A stretch of DNA of 64,000 nt from Heterodontus francisci. Lineage: Eukaryota. The position numbers and the translations under genes are program-made. The stretch's first letter is position 1, and each line of letters starts with the position of its first letter. Below the pieces are notes generated by a model. That model saw nothing but the letters and a program-made list of their open reading frames with translations. It ran no database searches and was not told the DNA's origin. The stretch spans positions 35,084,269-35,148,268 of the forward strand of contig NC_090408.1 of NCBI RefSeq assembly GCF_036365525.1, read 5' to 3'. Below are positions 40,861 through 52,374 of the stretch, one piece after another.

Positions 40861-41631
40861 GGGCTGAATTTTACCGGCCTCTTGACGCTGTGGGGGCCGG
40901 TAAAATGCAGTGGGGAGAGGCCTGCGATGTCGCAAAGGGCCCACCGCATATTACTGGTGGTAGGGGGACCTCTGTGCTGCACCACCTCCCCCCCCCCCCC
41001 CCCCCAGCTGCCTGGTGGTGGGCCCTTCGTCTTCATATTCAAATTGACAATAGAGATGTAATTTAACTTAACCGCAGGCGGCGGCCGACCCACGCCAATT
41101 TTATGACCGCCGGTGGTACTGTGCACGCCTTCGGAACTTCATACGGAGTTCTGAGGCGAGAACTTGGTAGGAAGGAGGGGAGGATTAAAAATTTCGAGGG
41201 GTGGGGGGAGGTTAACAATCTTTACTGGCTAATGGGATAGTGGGAAGGGGCTGAGGGTCAAAGGAAACAATTTTTTTGGGGGGTTGGGGGATGTTTGGAA
41301 TACCATTAAAGGTTTATTATGGGGGAAGAGTGCGATTAATGTATAACCTACCCATTGGGAGGGGTGGGAGAAGTGATTTATTTAAAATGACATTTTATTG
41401 TTACATCCCAGAGATCGGGACCTTTAAATTTTAAAATGCTACTGTAGGGCTTAAAGCCCTTTAAAAATAGCAGCTGCGCCTGCGTGGTGGCGCCAGACGC
41501 TGTTACCGGGGATGCGGAGGCTACTCCGCCCCCTCTATTTAAATGAGCCACCGGGCGTAATATCGCACGGGATGCTCGCCGCTTTTCGAGTCCACCGCTG
41601 CGAACTGCGGAGCGCTCGTAAAATTCAGCCC
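40861..41631. mobile_element. GC-rich MITE (PIF/Harbinger-like termini)
   Basis: Perfect 14-bp TIR GGGCTGAATTTTAC / GTAAAATTCAGCCC. No coding capacity. Confidence 0.8.
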
Positions 41632-42004
41632 AATATGTCCTGCCTCCCAAAATTCCTCTTTGGTTTCAAAGCCTTCTTGAAATCCTTCTCTCGGGCCTCA
41701 ACACACACTTGTTTTCCTTACTCTGTTTGGTACCTGGTTTTCCTCCTTTTATGGTACCCTGAACAAATTGATTTTTTTTGTAAAAAAACAATATAGCAGC
41801 GAAACAGCTGTATTAAGAGGCCAGAATGAAAGACGCTGCCAGTGCGTAGAGTGTAGAAGCGAAGATGATATAAAGTAGTAGATGACTTCAAACTTGGCTT
41901 TTAAAAACCTGCAAGTTTGATGAGGAAGAGGAAACTAAGGAGTTTTACAGTTTTATGGGGAAAAAAAGATCGTGCAGGAAACTGATAAATCATCTAAGCA
42001 CAGT

Positions 42005-43613
42005 TCTTCTTTCTTCTTCTTCTTTTGGGCCTCCTTATCTCGAGAGACAATGGATACGCGCCTGGAGGTGGTCAGTGGTTTGTGAAGCAGCGCCTGGAGT
42101 GGCTATAAAGGCCAATTCTGGAGTGACAGGCTCTTCCACAGGTGCTGCAGAGAAATTTGTTTGTTGGGGCTGTTGCACAGTTGGCTCTCCCCTTGCGCCT
42201 CTGTCTTTTTTCCTGCCAACTACTAAGTCTCTTCGACTCGCCACAATTTAGCCCTGTCTTTATGGCTGCCCGCCAGCTCTGGCGAATGCTGGCAACTGAC
42301 TCCCACGACTTGTGATCAATGTCACACGATTTCATGTCGCGTTTGCAGACGTCTTTATAACGGAGACATGGACGGCCGGTGGGTCTGATACCAGTGGCGA
42401 GCTCGCTGTACAATGTGTCTTTGGGGATCCTGCCATCTTCCATGCGGCTCACATGGCCAAGCCATCTCAAGCGCCGCTGACTCAGTAGTGTGTATAAGCT
42501 GGGGATGTTGGCCGCTTCAAGGACTTCTGTGTTGGAGATATAGTCCTGCCACCTGATGCCAAGTATTCTCCGAAGGCAGCGAAGATGGAATGAATTGAGA
42601 CGTCGCTCTTGGCTGGCATACGTTGTCCAGGCCTCGCTGCCGTAGAGCAAGGTACTGAGGACACAGGCCTGATACACTCGGACTTTTGTGTTCCGTGTCA
42701 GTGCGCCATTTTCCCACACTCTCTTGGCCAGTCTGAACATAGCAGTGGAAGCCTTACCCATGCGCTTGTTGATTTCTGCATCTAGAGACAGGTTACTGGT
42801 GATAGTTGAGCCTAGGTAGGTGAACTCTTGAACCACTTCCAGAGCGTGGTCGCCAATATTGATGGATGGAGCATTTCTGACATCCTGCCCCATGATGTTC
42901 GTTTTCTTGAGGCTGATGGTTAGGCCAAATTCATTGCAGGCAGACGCAAACCTGTCGATGAGACTCTGCAGGCATTCTTCAGTGTGAGATGTTAAAGCAG
43001 CATCGTCAGCAAAGAGGAGTTCTCTGATGAGGACTTTCCGTACTTTGGACTTCGCTCTTAGACGGGCAAGGTTGAACAACCTGCCCCCTGATCTTGGAGC
43101 AGTACCCCAGGACATGCGCGATGCCAACATCATCACCCTCTATAAAAACAAAGGTGACCGCGGTGACTGCAACAACTACCGTGGAATCTCCCTGCTCAGC
43201 ATAGTGGGGAAAGTCTTTGCTCGAGTCGCTCTGAACAGGCTCCAGAAGCTGGCCGAGCGCGTCTACCCTGAGGCACAGTGTGGCTTTCGTGCAGAGAGAT
43301 CGACTATTGACATGCTGTTCTCCCTTCGTCAGATACAGGAGAAATGCCGTGAACAACAGATGCCCCTCTACATTGCTTTCATTGATCTCACCAAAGCCTT
43401 TGACCTCGTCAGCAGACGTGGTCTCTTCAGACTACTAGAAAAGATCGGATGTCCACCAAAGCTACTAAGTATCATCACCTCATTCCATGACAATATGAAA
43501 GGCACAATTCAACATGGTGGCTCCTCATCAGAGCCCTTTCCTATCCTGAGTGGTGTGAAACAGGGCTGTGTTCACGCACCCACACTTTTTGGGATTTTCT
43601 TCTCCCTGCTGCT
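42005..43613 (-). mobile_element. Young RTE-clade LINE, 5'-truncated with a 5' inversion
   Basis: The minus arm carries LLFADDAAL and a C-terminal CxxC..HxxxC, with a (GAA)n tail. The inverted plus arm (about 43096-43613) carries NYRGISLLS, QCGFR, FIDLTKAFD and GVKQGC. 10-bp TSD TAAGCACAGT at 41995-42004 and 43614-43623. Confidence 0.95.
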
Positions 43614-45279
43614 TAAGCACAGTAGGGTGCATGAATGAGGAAAAGCTTTGAGGACAGGGTATTCGGAGCTTAGCACAGCGATGAATATATGTGACAGTTG
43701 TATTAACTGTTGGAAAAATAGTGGACTTAACAAATATTTTTAATCACAAATTTTAATAGCACTGTTAGTTTTCTGAAGCTGAAGTTCTGTCCATTGATTG
43801 AAAATAAAATCATGTCATCTTCGAGCACTTTATCACATTTCTTGTTCACATATAATAAATTATCTTCAAGCCCAGTGCTTATGGAAACAAGCCTGGCAGA
43901 CATTCATTGTTAAGTGGACAGCTGTTTTAATTTGGGCTGCTTTATGATACTTTTCTCCTTTTTATTCTTGTTTATTGTAAAATCATCCTCAATATGCAAG
44001 CACATTAAATGAACTTTAAGCTGGGCCTTGTATGGAACATATTTAGCATAGTCTGCATCTGTGTGCAGTGTACCCTTTTATGCTTGAAGTATGCACAAGA
44101 AATAGTACAAAATTCCACCATGTGTTCCTGAACGCACAATGGAAATTAGCATAGTGACAGATCACTTGAAAACTGAATTAACTATAAGATCAGAACAAAA
44201 GGTGCAAATCAGATAAATCACCGAAGTACATGTTTCAAACCTATAAAAGCTCTAAATTCTTAGTGATTCTTGTGGATCCATCTGTCTTTGCTAAATTACA
44301 CGCGAGGCACTTCTCGTGGAGTCGTTCCTTGTTCCTGAGACTTGGCTGTACACTGAAGCAATCCTTAACAACTGTCACATTTCCAATCAGGTTGCCCTGC
44401 CTCTGGAGCTCAAAATCTCCTGTCAAAAACAAACATCAAAAATTAAAACAACAATACAATGACCAGGGATGGCTTGGAACCCATCTTAATTGACAGTAAG
44501 ACCAGTTTCTGCTTTAAATAGGATTTGCCAATTCAGAAGCAATATGCACCCAGCAGGGTTTTGAAAGACAAAGACTATTTTGATGATTCGTCTATGGGGA
44601 ACAGCAATAGAATCTCCCTCATTAATCAAGTTTCTCTGAAGCTGTAAATCCTCATTCAATAGGATGGTAAATAAGCTGCTAGTCAATTTTTGTTGCAAGT
44701 TGCCTCAATGTGTAATGATCTGAGTACTGTATACTGTCAGATTCTGGATCTAGGCTATGTCATGTACAGGTTATAACTCTGCTAATCCTAATGCTACACA
44801 CAGTAGACAGCTCTCATATTTGACCATCAGTCCTTGATCATGACAAACATATGACAACATAATTGGCAGATGAATATGTCAATTCAGGTCATAACAAGGA
44901 CTTTGAAGCTACATTTTGGCATTTAGTAGAGGACAGCCACATATGTTGAAAGAATATGTTGACAAGGATTATTTGTTTTGTCTTAAGAGAATAAACATTC
45001 ACAATACATAGTTTGTACTTTGGTGGTGAGGGCAATATACAGCGCTTCTGATCTCAGCTGTTCTACTTGGAGATGGGAAATAAAGGGGTTTTTACAGGTG
45101 CAAAGATGGCCAACATCTACCCACATGTGTATGAACTTACTGTGTGCAGCATAGCTGCTGTATTTTTTTATATTAATATCAGTCACTGTTTCAAACTATT
45201 ATCTCTGAAATGTCTTGACATACATGATCAGGTGCAAGTCCTTCTTTCAGTGATCAATGTGTAACGTCTTTAAAGACAT

Positions 45280-46238
45280 TGTTATGACCAGGTGAGGAAG
45301 GGGGCGCCCCTATCCTGGGTTGGCCGTAACGGGGCTTATCTTTTAAAATGCAGTGTTTTAAGCTTCCCCTCAGGAGTCCTTGCTCACTGCTCTCTAATTG
45401 TAATTGCAAAGGAGTCAATTAGACAGGCTTTCTCAGGTTTAAACAAGAAAGGTGTAAGTTTATTAACCCTAACATTCTAACTCAGTTAAAGTTACAAAAA
45501 ATAGGAGACAAAACCATGCTAGCATGCATATGCGATAAACACACACACAAATAGATACAAAGGAGGAGAAAGAATTAAGGGGGGGAATGTTTGGAGTAGT
45601 AAATGGAATTCAGTTACTAAATGGATGTAAAGACCTTGATTGGAGTTAGGTCTTGCAGTTCTTGTTGGGGCTCAGTGCATACTTTCAAACTTGTTTCGCT
45701 GGTACCAGAAGGCTGTAGGGGTCTTCTGTCTTGAGGCTTAAGTTGCTTCCCTGGGTCCCTGGAATTTTGCTAGAGAGAGGGAGAGAGCAGTGCTTTTTTC
45801 TTGAAGTTCAATTGCAGTCTGCCCCAAATCTTTCTGTGAGGCACAATTCCATCAATTCCCAGATTGGCCAGTAGGTTAGTCATGTGACCAGCTCTTTGTT
45901 TTAAACAGCATCACCTGCAAGGGTTGTTGATTCTCCAAAGCTTACTAGATACACTCGGTGTTTAGTGTAGGGGGGGTGGAGTGCTGGCTCTTACACAGAC
46001 AATGGCTCTCAATGTCTTTTGATCATCACTATTGATGAAACTCATTTCTCTAATTGAATCAGGGAGTGCTCTCATTGTCTCTCTATGCAACTGTCTCTCA
46101 GAATGCAAATATGCAGCCATGTTTCAGCTGTTCAGCTCTGTGGTCTTTTTAAACAGTTTAATGCCTAGTAAAAGTTCGAATAGTGTTCCATATGATGAAA
46201 TTAATATGTTTCAATTTGGCAGGTGTGGTTTTATCACA
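45280..46238 (-). mobile_element. Solo LTR (Gypsy-type) with 4-bp TSD ACAT
   Basis: TGTTATGACCAGG...TATCACA, flanked by acat at 45276-79 and 46239-42. Confidence 0.85.
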
Positions 46239-46684
46239 ACATTAACCACCACAAAGTGTGTCTGCAAAAGAATCCTTTACAAAAGTCAATGCTTCGACTT
46301 CTTGATTTGGAATCTTTGTGGTGATGTGATATTTCTATATTTCCTCTCTGGTCTCCCAACCCCACAAGCTATCTGTGCCCTGAGGGGGCAGCGAAGTGAC
46401 CTTCGCAAAGGCCTCCCCAATGCCAAACACAATGATCTGTGCAAATCTAATTTCTCTTCATCTTAATACAAAACACCCAGTGCCATTTTGGCTTATGTAT
46501 ATGATGACAAGCTGTCATGACAAGCTCTCCTGTCCTGTGACTTGCCTTCCACCATTACTGTGACTACAAGTGCCTCATCCAATTCGTTTCTTGGGCTCCT
46601 GCATGGCATAGAAAATTTGTACATTGAATCCATGCACAATTGGGAACTAATTAGCAATTGTTGAGGGAAACAGTGGCATATTGG

Positions 46685-46969
46685 TAATAAAAATCTGGAA
46701 TTGAAAGCTAGCTTCAGTAATGGTGCCATGAAACTGTCATCGATTGTCGTAAAAACCCATCTAGTTCACTAATGTCCTTTAGGGTAGGAAATCTGCTGTC
46801 TTTACCTGGTCTGGCCTACATATGACTCTAGACCTACTACAATGTGGTTGACTCTTAACTGCCCTCTGAAATGCCTAGCAAGCCACTCAGTTGATAATGG
46901 TAATTAGGAATGGGCAACAAATGCTGGCCTTGCCAACGACACCCACATTCCATGCAAGAATAAAAAAAA
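46685..46969 (+). mobile_element. SINE (MetaSINE-like core) with a LINE-derived 3' tail
   Basis: Core aaaaacccatctagttcactaatgtcctttaggg. The tail is nearly identical to the LINE tail at about 1288-1358. Confidence 0.6.
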
Positions 46970-48048
46970 TTTTTCCTGTCCTCTCATTTTCCTGGTCATA
47001 TATTCAAATCTAATCCAGTGGGGAAAGAGAGGAAAAACTGCATGTGACAATTACCCATTGAATCTGACTGCACCTCAGTCTTGCTCGCTGGTGTAGAAAG
47101 CAAGTCGATGCCTTCTCTTTGGTGAATGAAAAGCAATCAGTTTTTACATGATAGCCTGGTCTCTGTCACCTAATTCTAGTGTCAGTTATAATATGACGAT
47201 AATAAAGGAGAATGCATTCCCGTCATAGGATTTTTCCATTATGCATGTTATTTGCTTTGTAATTCATTATTAATAAGTTCCGTAACCTTTTGAACCATGA
47301 AACAGTTACAAAGAGTGTTTTCGTTTAATTTCTGTCTGTTGACTCATATTTATATTTAAACAGTGATGTCAATGACCTCTTCGAATTATTTACTCAGAAT
47401 GTGAGGGAGTTCAACTCATGTCAGCAAAGATCTAATCATTAGTTCAGGATGCTTCAGTGATTGAGTTATTTGAACTGTATACAGTAACACAGATACCTCA
47501 TGCTATTGGGCGAGTACATACTAAAGCCATCATCCATTCTCAAAGTCTCTGATTGTGTAATAACCTTCATAGGACTTCCAGGCGTTAGTGAATTCTCATG
47601 ATTACATATTTTTAATACTTTCACTAAGCATAAATTACTTAGGTTGATTAATGACTCAAACTGTTTTCCATATTGAAATATTATTCCCAACATTTTGCTA
47701 AAACCAATCACAACTTCTTACGAACTTGCAGATGACAATGACCTGTTAGGTGTCTGCTGCTCTTGCAATTATCAGGATACCCATATGATTGAAATTGGAT
47801 GTGGATATCATGCTCCAATCTTGCTCTGAGCTGGAAATACTCAGCAGGTCTGGCAGCATCTGTGGAGAGAGAAACAGAGTTAATGCTTCAGGCCTGTGAT
47901 CTTTCATCTGCAGCATGTTGCTATTGTATTAGTAGCTCTGAGCAGGGTGGCAAGAATGTGCACAAGAAGGAGCCTGGAGATGATGATGCTGTCTCTGATT
48001 TTCCTTTATCCTTGGCTTTGCCTTCCACTTTTCCACACCATGGTAACT

Positions 48049-48942
48049 GGTACAAAAGCAAACCACCGTGGATACTGGAAATCTGAAATAGAACCAAAAA
48101 TGCTGGAAATACTCAGCAGGTCAAGCAGCATCTGTGGAGAGAGAAACAGAATTAACGGGCTGGATTTTCGAAGGTCAATGGGGTCGGGACCGGAAGCAGA
48201 TGGGCCCAGAATGTTGTGCTGCTGGTCAGTATGCCAGTTTGCTGGTAGCATCCTGCCCCGAGACATTTTCAAGAAGGCAAGGTTGGAGGTGGGTGGAACC
48301 AGTTGAGGAAGTTAAGGGGCCTATGAAGGCCCTCTCCCACGCCAACTGGAATTTTCCAGTCAGCAGGCTGAAACACGGCCAGTGAGAGGAAGTGACCTTC
48401 AGGCAGGAGATGGGGTTGGGGAGGCGGGGGCAGCAATTCATCCCTCTAGGGACAGCCCAACCCCCTCCCCTGCAACTGCCCTGGCCGTCTAGCAGCTATG
48501 GCCATTTTTAAATCAATTTTTTTTTACCTGGTCTTCAGAGGACACCTCCATTGTGAGGTGCCCTCTCTGTAGGCACCGGATATTCCCGCTTCAGGGAGTG
48601 GGGCTGCCAGTGTGTCACTGCTGAAGGGCCTCCTATTGGCCTTCCAGCTTCGGAAGCCTGTCCGCCATCCTTAATTGGATGGTGAATGCACTCTCTGGCC
48701 ATTAATTGACCAATTCTGCAAAAATTGTGTTGGGTGACTATTCCCAACATGGTGCGGGGGTTGATACCTGCATTTGATCCCACATCAGGGTCCTGCCCCA
48801 AACGGAGATGCCAGTCCAATGTTCAGTCTGTGACCTTTCATCAGAATTGGTGAAAGGGCACAGACCTGAAACGTTAACTCTGTTTCTCTCGCCACAGATG
48901 CTGCCAGACCTGCTGAGTATTTCCAGATTTTCTGTTTTTATT
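48049..48942. mobile_element. Palindromic Penelope-type terminal-repeat element with a nested MITE (48157-48817)
   Basis: Inverted arms ctggaaatactcagcagg...ctgtggagagagaaacag and ctgtttctctc...cctgctgagtatttccag. Flanking direct repeat CCATGGTAACT at 48038-48 and 48943-53. The MITE has GGGCTGG...CCAGTCC ends and an AAC/AAT 3-bp TSD. Confidence 0.8.
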
Positions 48943-49155
48943 CCATGGTAACTAACCTAGTCCGGAACTTGCCCAGGCACAACAGATGCAACCTGTTCCC
49001 TGCCCTCCAACTGCTTGTTGTACAGTGTCTTGTGATCCCAATATACTGCATAGATCACATCAGAGCTCAACCTTTCTACATAAAACCACAATAAACTATT
49101 GATCACACTTCTGGCAAACAGTTCATCCAACAAGAATAAGAGTTGCTGGGGCTGT

Positions 49156-49275
49156 CCAATGGGTGTGGAGGGGTGGCCTCTGCATTCTATTTAACTTCCA
49201 GATGGAGCTAAACTCAGGAGTTTCCAGATCCTGTGCACAGTTTGATTGTTACTCATAGGGAAGAACCTGTCTACT
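49156..49275 (+). promoter_or_regulatory. PLIN1: Putative PLIN1 core promoter and non-coding exon 1
   Basis: CCAAT (49156-60), GGGTGTGG/GGGTGG CACCC boxes (49161-76), TATTTAA (49188-94), then a consensus donor gtgagt at 49276. The next exon has an acceptor 9 nt before the ATG, so a non-coding first exon is expected. Confidence 0.6.
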
Positions 49276-50009
49276 GTGAGTATCTGGGGCTGTGGCCCTT
49301 TTTACAACAAAGCTGCTGTGCACAAACCTCTTGGGTTCAGCCCTTAAGCCCCAGTATTTAGTGGAGTAACATTTAAGTGCAGCTGAGTATTTTATCAAGT
49401 TGTAATTTGTTTGAAAGTGCTGTGCAAGTTAATAAGAGTGTCACAACTTCTATTGGAAAGCGAGTTGGGCTTTAGTGAAGAATCTGATTTAATTTTGCGG
49501 GACTGGACAGCTCTCCCTCCAGACCAAATCCACTAAAACCTGTCCTGATTGACAGCCTCACCTGGGCTGCTGCATTAAAGGACTCAAGTTCCCAAACGGT
49601 TTAATCAATCGAGGTTTGCCTTTGGGTCGAACTTTTTATTGCTTAACTTTTACTGATGCCTGCAAGCTTACAAACAGTTTTAAAAAAAAATTGTTTTGTG
49701 TTTGTTTTGACTTTAACTCTTGTTACGTGGCACTTTATTGAAATCAGAAGATCTCAAAGAATAAGACATGTAGAAGCGAAAAGAGAAGGCACTCACGGAG
49801 TGTAGACCAGTTGGCTTGAATGATCTGTTTTGGTGCTGTTAATTTTGTTTTTTTAAAATAGAATCTATAAGCAGCACAAAACTTTGAATCTGCTGGGCTA
49901 TCATGGTTAAGTATGTTGAAGCATTTCTTTTGAATTCTAGCTTATGTCCTGCATAACATTCCTTTATTTAGCTTACTGCCTTTCAATTTTAAGTGTGTTT
50001 AGCTCCTTC

Positions 50010-50253
50010 TGTCATGTGTTCTTTGTGATGTTAAGCAACAACATTGAAGTACCTGAATTCTTTGAAGATCTCTAACAGGTTTATTAACAGCTAAACTAGT
50101 ATATACAATACAGAGATATATACAGAACCTTTGCCTAGGATGTTACAGTTGCAGGGTCACTATGGCTTCTAGTCACATGACTACGTCCTTGTACTTCGCT
50201 TATTAGCATACTGCATCTTAAAGGGACATCACTCTTGAGGCGATCAGACAACA
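50010..50253 (-). mobile_element. Short solo LTR, same family as 63358-63605
   Basis: TG...CA termini. Its reverse complement aligns by eye with 63358-63605 (gagtgatgtccctttaagat, agtcatgtgac, aataaacctgtt). Confidence 0.75.
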
Positions 50254-50507
50254 TCCTCTTGCCCATCTTCTGTTTGAATTTGGTTCCATGATGTCAATAT
50301 CTATCTTTACTTGCTGTGTATCTCCATTCCAATATATGATTAGTGCTAATGCACTTAAACTTAATTATTAATGCTAAAATCCTATTGGAATTTTCTTGCT
50401 TGTATGTTTCTCCTATCTTTGATCATTTACTCATCTGCTTACTGAAGTTCTAGCCCCTTCCTTCCAACTTTATTTTAAATAAATCCCAATTATGCTTCTT
50501 GCAACAA

Positions 50508-50522
50508 AGCGCCATCTAGTGA
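50508..50522 (-). promoter_or_regulatory. CTCF-like motif in PLIN1 intron 1
   Basis: The reverse complement TCACTAGATGGCGCT closely matches the CTCF core CCACTAGATGGCGCT. Confidence 0.45.
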
Positions 50523-51594
50523 AAGAAGTTATATTCATATAGTGCCTTCTGGCATATTTCTGGACGCTTCAACGTACTTCATAACTGATGATTCTTTTTT
50601 GAAATGCAGTCAATATAATGTGGGTAAATATAGCCAGTTTGCATGTGGCAAGATCCCATAAACCACAATAAGATGAATGAACCCGTTGATCTACTTCTTT
50701 CAGTGGTAGCAGTGAGGATGGAATAACTCCTGGCTCTTCAATTGGTGTCATGGGATCTTTTATATACACCATAACAAATAGACAAGGCCTCAGTTTAATG
50801 TCTCTTACATAGGCTAGCGCTTCCAGCAGTTCAGCACCCCCTCAGTGTTACTCTGTAAGGGTTAGCCTAGATATGTGTTCAAGTCCTGAGGTGGGGTTTC
50901 TTACTAAGGTGAGAATGCCACCATTTGAGCCAAGCTGGCACTAAGCCTTGCAGCACCTTTTACAGAAAGGATATCTACACAGGAAGAACTCTTTACTGTG
51001 CCCATTCCCTTTTGTACTCTGTTTTTAGTAACGATTCATTGAAATTTGTTAACTTGTTCATTCTTTCTCTAGCTGATGGATAAAACCATGTTTGCTCGTG
51101 CATTCTGCTCTAAGCTTATTGACATTTTTTCTGCTCGTGCTTGCTCTGTTCCCACCTGTAATACCATTACTAGCTGACCCCTCTTGCTCTCCCATCTTCC
51201 CGATTTAAGACAGATTCATGAGCAACAGCCCTTAGTAATATAAAGAACAACTAATTCTTACTGTTAGCTTTGCACAACTTGTTATCCACATATCATCTCT
51301 CTTGGTGTTCCCATTTACAATGGATTCCCCAGTTATATCCCACTTTTTCTCCACCTGTATTTCACCCTTGGGTACTAGCCTTCATTTGCTTTATCTGCTT
51401 CTTCATTTTAGGTATCAGCTCTGCAAAATCTTTACTTCCTCTACCTAGCAATCCTACACTATAATCGCGCTACTATAGTATTGCCTTCTGAAGATGCAAT
51501 GTATTAATATTTCCAGTAAAACTTTTTGCTTCTGAAGTTAGTGACCGGGCATAGACTGACATGCTTGTGCACTTAATATTTACAGATTGCTACA

Positions 51595-51633
51595 ATGTCA
51601 GGAGATGGGCAGAACAGTTACATCAGAAGTAAG
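51595..51633 (+). CDS. PLIN1: PLIN1 first coding exon (acceptor boundary at 51586)
   Basis: tttacag|attgctacaATG. Encodes MSGDGQNSYIRSK. Donor AAG|gtagga is phase 0 and matches the next exon. Confidence 0.78.
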
Positions 51634-51893
51634 GTAGGAAAGAATGCAAAGCAAGCTCCAATGCCAATGGTGGAACGGAAAGAACAGACTATTGGATCAG
51701 CACTGGCTCTTAACCAGGGAGCTTGTTTATGCCACCTTAATGGCTTGCAGTGCCATGAGAGTGACATATGTATAGTAAATGGATTACCAAGCAACAGTTC
51801 AACTTGACTTTGTGTAGCATTGACAGGTGTTGAAGTGCTAATGGCAATTGATTTGCATATCCAAATATAATTTGTATTTCATGACATTTATAG

Positions 51894-52092
51894 GAGAGCT
51901 TCATAAAGAGGTTTAGCAGCCTACTGGCAGTGAGTTCCACTTATGACATCTTCTACAATGTTTATAAAAACACCAAGGACAAATATCCTGTAGTTGCATC
52001 AGTTTGGGAGGTTTCTGAAGGAGGAATAAAAAGAACAACAGCTCTAGTTCTGAAAAGCATGCAGCCAGTTCTTCGGAAACTTCAACCTCAAA
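51894..52092 (+). CDS. PLIN1: PLIN1 coding exon 2 (PAT domain)
   Basis: Acceptor catttatag and donor gtaaga. Encodes ESFIKRFSSLLAVSSTYD...TKDKYPVVASVWEVSEGG...SMQPVLRKLQPQ, a perilipin PAT domain. Confidence 0.9.
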
Positions 52093-52374
52093 GTAAGAAG
52101 ATATTAGATGTGGTGCTAACCTTGTGTTCAGTGTGTAACTCTCCCTAAACTGTACTGTCTTGCTTTTTATCTCAGTCTCCCACATTGCTGCTCAGCTTCA
52201 GAATGTTGTCAGCCTTTGAGTTCTTCAGACATAAATATTGGTGCATTTTCTGTTCTGTTGACTTAGACAGAACTGAACTATCTGCCTATGACGGGCATCA
52301 CTAGATGACAAGGCCAGTCAAACTGTGATTAAGTCCAGCAATAGCTAACTGAAATGAAACATTACTGAGACTTA

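Noticed and set aside
42072-43638. Overlapping 354-aa and 203-aa ORFs read as two genes
   Set aside because: They are the two arms of one inverted RTE ORF. Their N-termini are read-through artefacts across the inversion junction.
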